Origin: an uncultured bacterium
GTDB lineage: Bacteria; Verrucomicrobiota; Verrucomicrobiia; Verrucomicrobiales; DEV007
Length of the DNA: 64,000 bases
NCBI GenBank assembly: GCA_963977015.1
Contig: CAXBMO010000005.1
Span: 292,422-356,421 of the forward strand
Direction: 5' to 3'
The position numbers and the translations under genes are program-made. Positions 57,646 through 64,000 of this stretch are shown here, in pieces; the stretch's first letter is position 1, and each line of letters starts with the position of its first letter. Under the pieces are notes generated by a model. The model was not told the origin of the DNA. It did no database searches and was given only the letters and a program-made list of their open reading frames with translations.

Positions 57646-58129
57646 CGGCGCGAACCAAAGCTAGATCCGTGCCATCAGTGGCGCTTGCTGCCCCAAATGA
57701 TCGCAACGTTGCCGAAATTTCCCCTGAGGATTCCGATCTCGACATTGCAGAAAGGGAGCCTGCGGTTGCGATCACTAGTCATTCACGCAATCTGGATCAG
57801 GCTGCGTTCGGCATGACGAACGGAGGGCACAGCTATGGAGGTAAACTTTTCTTCTCAATTCCCTTTCCCAAATAATGGTTCGAACCCGACTCGGCTGACA
57901 GAAGTGTCTCATTTTGCTCAAACCGTCAACCTAACTTGATCACCTGTGATACCAAAAAATTCCCTCATTAGGTATTCGATCCGGTTTTCGAAGGATGAAT
58001 CCGGCACAAGTTTCACCTGCGCAAAAAGGCATGAAAAGAAACACGGAATGTTTGTCCGAGGAACACCTCCCTTTGGAAAGGTAAGGAAATTCCTGAGAAT
58101 TCCAATCAATGCGCTCCCCTTGGCCCAAC

Positions 58130-59227
58130 ATGTTGCCTTACCTCCCTCCTCATCTGCGATTACCGATCGTTTTCGTGCTTTTGGTCGCGAATTCAGGATG
58201 CACGAAGAGCGACGAGGCCGCGAAAGAGGCTTCAACCCAATCGCCTCCTGCGAAAGTCGAAACCACGAAGGTGGTGGATCGCTGGTTTGCGGATGAGTTT
58301 GAAGCTCTCGGAACCGTGCGGGCTCTGGAGGCAATTGACCTGTCTTCCAACGTTACTGAACGGGTCGCTTCCATCCATTTCGAAGATGGTGATGCCGTCG
58401 AGAAAGGTAAGCTCCTGGTGCAGTTGGAGAATTCGGAGGAAATGGCGATCCTCCGAGGCGCTGAAGCGCAGGAGGCTGAGCAAGAGCGGGAAATCAAGCG
58501 TTTGGAAGGCCTCGTTCAGGGCGGGGCGGTCTCCGAGGTGAGGCTGGAGGAACACCTGACGAGACGGGACATCGCCCGGCAGGCGGTTGAGGAAGCAAGA
58601 GCGCAGATTCAAGACCGCCAGATCAAGGCGCCCTTTGATGGAGTGTTGGGATTTCGCCGCGTCAGTGCCGGAGCCCTCGTCGAGCCCGGTGATTTGATTG
58701 CGACGCTCGATATTCTCGATCCCGTGAAGCTGGACTTTACCGTGCCGGAGACGTTTTTGAGCGACTTGAAGTCGGGGCTCGAACTCCAGGCGGAAACGGA
58801 GGCGTTTCCGGGTGAACTGTTTTCTGGAAAAGTAACCCAGATTGATACGCGGGTGAATCCGGTAACGCGCTCGGCCACCGTTCGCGCCGAAGTTCCCAAT
58901 CCAAACAACCGGCTGCGTCCAGGCATGTTAATGACGACGACGCTGGTGAAGCGCCGCAAACAATCGCTCAGCGTGCCGGAACGCTCCCTGGTCTCGGTCC
59001 TTTCCGATCATTTTGTGTTTGTGCTAAACGGAGAAGAGACGGTAAAGCGCGTTAAAATCACGATCGGAAGGCGGGTCCCCGGTTTTGTGGAAGTACTCGC
59101 GGGACTGACGAAGGGCGACACCATTGTGACCGATGGGTTGATCGGCCTGGTGGATGGACGCTCCGTCGAAATCACCGGAACTTTTGATGGTCCCTCTGAA
59201 CCCTATCAACCCTCGAGCTCCCTTTAA
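58130..59227 (+). CDS. RND efflux periplasmic adaptor (MFP)
   Basis: Lipobox-like NSGC, V.KG.LL, IKAPFDG, LRPGM. Confidence 0.92.
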   Translation: MLPYLPPHLRLPIVFVLLVANSGCTKSDEAAKEASTQSPPAKVETTKVVDRWFADEFEALGTVRALEAIDLSSNVTERVASIHFEDGDAVEKGKLLVQLENSEEMAILRGAEAQEAEQEREIKRLEGLVQGGAVSEVRLEEHLTRRDIARQAVEEARAQIQDRQIKAPFDGVLGFRRVSAGALVEPGDLIATLDILDPVKLDFTVPETFLSDLKSGLELQAETEAFPGELFSGKVTQIDTRVNPVTRSATVRAEVPNPNNRLRPGMLMTTTLVKRRKQSLSVPERSLVSVLSDHFVFVLNGEETVKRVKITIGRRVPGFVEVLAGLTKGDTIVTDGLIGLVDGRSVEITGTFDGPSEPYQPSSSL

Positions 59228-59257
59228 TCACCCGGTTTAGCTGCCACGCCCGCACTC

Positions 59258-62200
59258 ATGGTTCTTTCGGATGTTTCCATACGTCGCCCAGTTCTCGCGA
59301 CGGTCCTGAATCTGCTACTGGTCACCTTTGGGATCGTATCGTTCACGCAACTCCAGGTTCGCGAGTTTCCAGATATCGACCCTCCGATCGTGACGATCGA
59401 AACCTCCTACACGGGCGCCTCCGCACCCGTGGTGGAGCGGAGGATCACCCAGTTGATCGAGGATCGAATCAGTATCGTTGAAGCGATCAAGTCGATTGAG
59501 TCTTCAAGCGAAGACGGGCGTTCGATCGTCACGGTGGAGTTCAACATCGAGCGGGATATCGACAATGCGGCGAACGATCTCCGGGAAGCGGTCTCAGGCC
59601 TGCTCGACGAACTGCCGGAAGAAGCCGATCCGCCGGAAATCACGAAGGAAGACGCCGCCACGGAGGTCATGATGTGGCTGAGCCTCACCAGCGAGGTGAT
59701 GTCGCCGGTGGAACTGGCCGATTACGGGGAGCGTTACCTCGTGGATAGTTTTTCCGTGCTCCCCGGTGTGGCGCGAGTGCGCATTTCCGGAGCGTCGAGC
59801 TATGCGATGCGGGTGTGGGTGGACCGAAGAGCGTTGGCTGCCCGAAACCTCACCGTGACCGATGTGGAGAATGCGCTCCAACGCCAGAACATCGAACTTC
59901 CGGCGGGCACCATTCAATCGCTCGACCGTCAATTCACGGTTCGGATCAAACGCGAGTTTTTGTCGGAGGAAGATTTCCGCAACCTGGTGGTTTTTCGCGG
60001 TGAGGACGGCTTCCTGGTTCGCTTGGGCGAAGTCGCTCGCATCGAATTGGGCGCGGAGGAATCGCGGCGCATGTTTCGCGGCAACGGAGCGCCCCGAGTC
60101 GGTTTGGGCATCATCAAGCAAAGCCAGGCCAATACCCTCGACGTCTCCCGCGCAGCGAAGAAGGAGATGGAACGGGTTCGTGCGCAGCTGCCGGACGGAA
60201 TGGACCTTCTGCCCAGCTACGACACCTCCGTTTTCATCGAGGAATCGCTGAAACAGGTCGGCATGACCCTGTTCGTGGCGGTGTTGCTGGTTGTGGCCGT
60301 GATTTACCTGTTCTTGGGCAACGTTCGCGCCATGCTGATCCCGGCGGTTACCGTTCCGGTCTCGCTCATCAGCACGTTCATCGTGATCAACATGTTGGGA
60401 TTTTCTGTGAACCTCCTGACGCTCCTCGCGTTGATCCTCGCGATCGGCTTGGTGGTGGATGATGCGATCGTCGTGCTGGAGAACGTCTATCACCGCATTG
60501 AGCTCGGCGAGCATCCCCTGGCCGCCGCGTTTCGCGGAACCCGGCAAGTCGCCTTCGCGGTCATCGCCACCACCCTGGTGTTGGTGGCGGTGTTCGTCCC
60601 GATCTCGTTTCTGGAAGGAGACATCGGCAAGTTGTTTACGGAGTTCGCCATCACGCTCGCCGTTGCCGTGTGTTTTTCCAGTCTCGTGGCGCTGACGTTG
60701 TCTCCCATGATTGCGTCGAAAGTGCTGAAAGCGGAAACGGCACGGGGCAACTGGCTGACTCGATTCGTGGACTGGTTATTCCGTGGGTTTGAATCCGTGT
60801 ATCGCCGCATTCTGGGCGCGATGCTGAAAATCCCCATCCTTGCCATCGTCATTGTCGGGGGATTCTTTGCCGCGGCCTGGTTCCTCTACAAAACGCTGCC
60901 CCAGGAGTTCACCCCAAAGGAAGATCGCGGCGTTTTCTTTGTCGTCACCTCGGCTCCGGAAGGAACCAGCTACGGTTCGATCATTGAAACAATGGACGAA
61001 GTGGAGGAGCAACTGATGTATCTGAACGAGGAAACCAAGGAAGCTTCCTGGGTTCTGGTGCGAGCACCACGTGGATTTGGCAACATCGCAGATTTCAACC
61101 AAGGCGTCACCATCGTGGTCCTTTCGGATTGGGCGGAGCGACGATCCGGCTGGGAAATCATGGATGAAGTCCGGGGACGACTCGGCGGGATTCCCGGCGT
61201 GAAGAATTTCCTGGTGATGCGGCAGGGCCTGACCCGCGGTCTCCAAAAGCCCGTTCAATTCGTGATCGGTGGTCCGGAGTATGGATTGATTGCCGAATGG
61301 CGCGACGCGCTCCTCGCAGAGATCAAAAAGAATCCCAAAATCATCGGCGTCGACTACGACTACAAGGAAACGAAGCCGCAACTGCGGGTGAACATCAATC
61401 GCAACCGCGCCGGCGATCTCGGCGTCTCGATTCAAAACATCGGCCGCACCCTGGAAAGCCTGTTGGGGTCACGCTCCGTCACCACGTTTATCGAACGCGG
61501 GGAAGAGTACGACGTGATCGTGGAAAGTGATTATGATCGAAAACGCACGCCAGCGGACCTTACCAATATTTACGTCAGGTCCGAGCAGACCGGAGAATTG
61601 GTCCCGCTTTCGAATCTGGTGACGATTGAAGAGGTGGCCGACTCCGGCGCGTTGAACCGCTACAACCGCATTCGCGCGATCACGATTGAAGCGAGCCTTG
61701 CCGAAGGCTACCGGCTCAGTGAAGCCCTGGACTTCTTTGACGAAGCAGCGGCTCGCGTCATCCCGAAAGAGGCGATCATCAGTTACAAGGGCGAGTCGCT
61801 AAACTACAAGGAGTCCGGAAGTTCCGCGATTTTCGTGTTCGTTCTCGCCCTGCTGGTCGTGTTTCTCGTCCTCGCCGCCCAATTCGAAAGTTTTGTCCAG
61901 CCGGTGACGATCATGCTCGCGGTGCCCGTGGCCGTCGTCGGTGGCTTGTTCGGACTTTGGGTCACCGGCTTGGCCCAAAACATTTACACACAAATCGGCA
62001 CCATCATGCTGATTGGTTTGGCGGCGAAGAACGGAATCCTGATTGTGGAGTTCATCAATCAACTCCGCGATGAAGGATTGAAGTTCAACCAGGCCGTTCT
62101 CGATGGTTCGGTCAGGCGTTTGCGCCCGATCGTGATGACCGGACTGACCACGTTGATGGGCTCGGTGCCGCTCGTCATCACTTCCGGAGCAGGAGCGGAA

Positions 62201-62374
62201 ACCCGCGTGGTGATTGGGGTTGTGATTCTTTTTGGAGTTGCATTTGCCGCAGTTTTCACCTTGGTCGTGGTGCCGCTCGGCTATCAACTGATTGCCCGCC
62301 GAACGAAAAGCCCGGAAGAGCACATTCGAAAGCTGAATGCCGCCTTGGCAGAGCCCGAGCCTGAGTCCAAGTGA
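59258..62374 (+). CDS. RND efflux permease (AcrB/MdtC-like)
   Basis: IRRPV, AIGLVVDDAIVVLEN, GLAAKNGILIVEF, RLRPIVMT. Confidence 0.95.
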   Translation: MVLSDVSIRRPVLATVLNLLLVTFGIVSFTQLQVREFPDIDPPIVTIETSYTGASAPVVERRITQLIEDRISIVEAIKSIESSSEDGRSIVTVEFNIERDIDNAANDLREAVSGLLDELPEEADPPEITKEDAATEVMMWLSLTSEVMSPVELADYGERYLVDSFSVLPGVARVRISGASSYAMRVWVDRRALAARNLTVTDVENALQRQNIELPAGTIQSLDRQFTVRIKREFLSEEDFRNLVVFRGEDGFLVRLGEVARIELGAEESRRMFRGNGAPRVGLGIIKQSQANTLDVSRAAKKEMERVRAQLPDGMDLLPSYDTSVFIEESLKQVGMTLFVAVLLVVAVIYLFLGNVRAMLIPAVTVPVSLISTFIVINMLGFSVNLLTLLALILAIGLVVDDAIVVLENVYHRIELGEHPLAAAFRGTRQVAFAVIATTLVLVAVFVPISFLEGDIGKLFTEFAITLAVAVCFSSLVALTLSPMIASKVLKAETARGNWLTRFVDWLFRGFESVYRRILGAMLKIPILAIVIVGGFFAAAWFLYKTLPQEFTPKEDRGVFFVVTSAPEGTSYGSIIETMDEVEEQLMYLNEETKEASWVLVRAPRGFGNIADFNQGVTIVVLSDWAERRSGWEIMDEVRGRLGGIPGVKNFLVMRQGLTRGLQKPVQFVIGGPEYGLIAEWRDALLAEIKKNPKIIGVDYDYKETKPQLRVNINRNRAGDLGVSIQNIGRTLESLLGSRSVTTFIERGEEYDVIVESDYDRKRTPADLTNIYVRSEQTGELVPLSNLVTIEEVADSGALNRYNRIRAITIEASLAEGYRLSEALDFFDEAAARVIPKEAIISYKGESLNYKESGSSAIFVFVLALLVVFLVLAAQFESFVQPVTIMLAVPVAVVGGLFGLWVTGLAQNIYTQIGTIMLIGLAAKNGILIVEFINQLRDEGLKFNQAVLDGSVRRLRPIVMTGLTTLMGSVPLVITSGAGAETRVVIGVVILFGVAFAAVFTLVVVPLGYQLIARRTKSPEEHIRKLNAALAEPEPESK

Positions 62375-63825
62375 ACATTTTTTCCCTGACAGATTTCAAG
62401 TCGTCCCCCCTTCGCCACCTCACCGTTTTCTCAACGGTGGGGTTCGTGTTGTTGGGGCTGGTTGGTTGTACGGTAGGCCCTGACTACCGTCGTCCGCTCG
62501 TCAATGGCCAGTTGCCAACAGCCTTTGATGCGCCACCTGGCTGGAAGCTTGCCACGCCCGCCGACAAAGAGAAACTCGCCACATGGTGGGACTGCTTTGG
62601 CGACAAGCGTCTCGATGATCTCATGAAGCGTGTGGAGGCGGAAAATCAGGAAATGATCGCCGCACTGCATCGAGTGGAGCAGGCCCGCGCCATCTCCCAA
62701 GCCGCCAATTCCGCCGCGTTTCCCGGCATCAGTTTCGATCCTTCCGCAACCCGCGGCCGACGCTCCGGCACGGTCAGCGACACCTCGAGCAATTTGACGG
62801 GCCGGACGACCACCAATCTGACGCTCCCGCTGAATCTGGGTTACGAAATCGACTTTTGGGGCAAGATCCGCCGCGGAACCGAGGCCGCCAAGGCGGAAAC
62901 TGAGGCTGACGAAGCGCTTCGTCGCCAGTTGCAACTAACCCTGCAAAGTGAACTCGCCGTTCAATATTTTGGCATGCGTTCCCTCGATGCAGAGATCGAG
63001 CTCTTTGAGGCCGAGGTGGAGTTGCGCCGGAAAGCGCTCGAGTTGAACCAAAAACGCTTCGAAGCCGGCGACACCGACGAGGTCGATGTCTCTCGCGCCG
63101 AAACGGAGATGTCTGCCACGGAAACCGAGTTGATCGGGCTTCGCCAAAATCGTTCGGAATTCGAAAACGCCATCGCGGTTCTGATCGGGAAACCTTCTTC
63201 CGGCTTTCGAATTGCGCCATCTCCGCTCGGTTTCGCCCCTCCACGCATCCCAGTTTCGGTTCCCTCCGAGCTCTTGGAACGACGCCCTGACATCGCCGCG
63301 GCCGAGCGAATCATGATCGCGGAAAACGCGCGAATCGGTGTCGCCAAAGCCGCGTTTTTCCCTTCGGTAAGCTTTAATGGAAGCATTGGGCTGGAGAGCG
63401 GCAGCACCTCGCAACTGTTCGATTACGCGAGCCGGACTTGGGGACTGGGGCCCGAAATCAGTTTCCCCGTCTTCGAAGGAGGCCTGAACAAGGCAGAGCT
63501 GGCGCGCAGTGAGGCGCGCTACGACGAAACGGTCGCGAATTACCGGCAGACGATCCTTCAGGCCGTGCGCGAAGTCGATGATGCACTCGTCGCTGTCGAT
63601 CGCTTGTCGCAACGGTTCGCCTCACAGCAACGCACCGTCTCCGCCGCCGCTCGAACCGTCGAACTGTCGCAGCAACGCTACGATGCCGGGGTTGTGGCCT
63701 ATTTTGAGGTGGTGGATGCCCAGCGCACCGAACTCTCCGCGCGCCAAGCCGCGGTTCGCCTGCGCGCCGCCCAATATCTCGCTTCGATCGCGCTGGTGAA
63801 AGCGCTGGGCGGCGGTTGGGAGTAG
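62371..63825 (+). CDS. Outer-membrane efflux lipoprotein (NodT/OprM family)
   Basis: LVGCTVGPDY, YEIDFWG, SELLERRPDI..AE, KALGGGW. Confidence 0.94.
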   Translation: MNIFSLTDFKSSPLRHLTVFSTVGFVLLGLVGCTVGPDYRRPLVNGQLPTAFDAPPGWKLATPADKEKLATWWDCFGDKRLDDLMKRVEAENQEMIAALHRVEQARAISQAANSAAFPGISFDPSATRGRRSGTVSDTSSNLTGRTTTNLTLPLNLGYEIDFWGKIRRGTEAAKAETEADEALRRQLQLTLQSELAVQYFGMRSLDAEIELFEAEVELRRKALELNQKRFEAGDTDEVDVSRAETEMSATETELIGLRQNRSEFENAIAVLIGKPSSGFRIAPSPLGFAPPRIPVSVPSELLERRPDIAAAERIMIAENARIGVAKAAFFPSVSFNGSIGLESGSTSQLFDYASRTWGLGPEISFPVFEGGLNKAELARSEARYDETVANYRQTILQAVREVDDALVAVDRLSQRFASQQRTVSAAARTVELSQQRYDAGVVAYFEVVDAQRTELSARQAAVRLRAAQYLASIALVKALGGGWE

Positions 63826-63906
63826 CATTGCCTTCCTGAACGTAAGATCGGGCTCCCAAAAGATGGAGAGGCGCGCAATGGGACCTTCGGCTCGATATTG
63901 AGGAAG

Positions 63907-64000
63907 TGTAGTGCCCCCTTACTTTTTGGACAGCCAATAGTGTTGTTTAGGCTGCAATTTTGCATAGGTCTTGGTTTCGTTGATTGGGTGTGCGGAAGTT
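63907..64000 (-). mobile_element. Probable right end of an IS3-family insertion sequence
   Basis: TGTAGTGCCCCCTTACTTTTTGGACA (63907-63932) resembles IS3-family terminal IRs; minus-strand ORF end NFRTPNQRNQDLCKIAA* (stop 63947-63949) resembles OrfB C-termini. Confidence 0.65.

Noticed and set aside
57669-57875. 68-aa ORF and 10-bp inverted repeat (57698-57707 / 57765-57774) upstream of the DUF1538 gene
   Set aside because: No recognisable family or riboswitch consensus; cannot be supported without Rfam or homology searches

Overview
A 64-kb GC-rich (roughly mid-50s %, by eye) bacterial chromosome segment, most likely PVC superphylum/Verrucomicrobiota (three DUF1501 genes, two DUF1549/DUF1553 proteins, DUF1080, LL-DAP aminotransferase). 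It contains housekeeping genes (DEAD-box helicase, uppP, RluA-family synthase, psd, dapL), a TonB-receptor/YfiR/hybrid-kinase operon, tandem M23 peptidases, a Ser/Thr kinase, a PdxA/four-carbon acid sugar kinase pair, an 8-gene surface polysaccharide cluster preceded by an Xis-HTH/REC regulator, an RND efflux operon and the probable end of an IS3-family element at the right edge. Best candidates for undescribed biology: (1) a single-chain protein with three tandem P-II-like domains coupled to a fused double-DUF1538 membrane protein; (2) an ECF sigma factor fused to a TIR-like domain and an anti-sigma-like tail; (3) a secreted two-protein pair that seems to carry complementary halves of one vWA domain; (4) a double AP2-like DNA-binding protein with a histone-H1-like Lys/Ala/Pro tail. 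All calls come from reading motifs by eye; no searches were run. No rRNA, tRNA or CRISPR array was seen.
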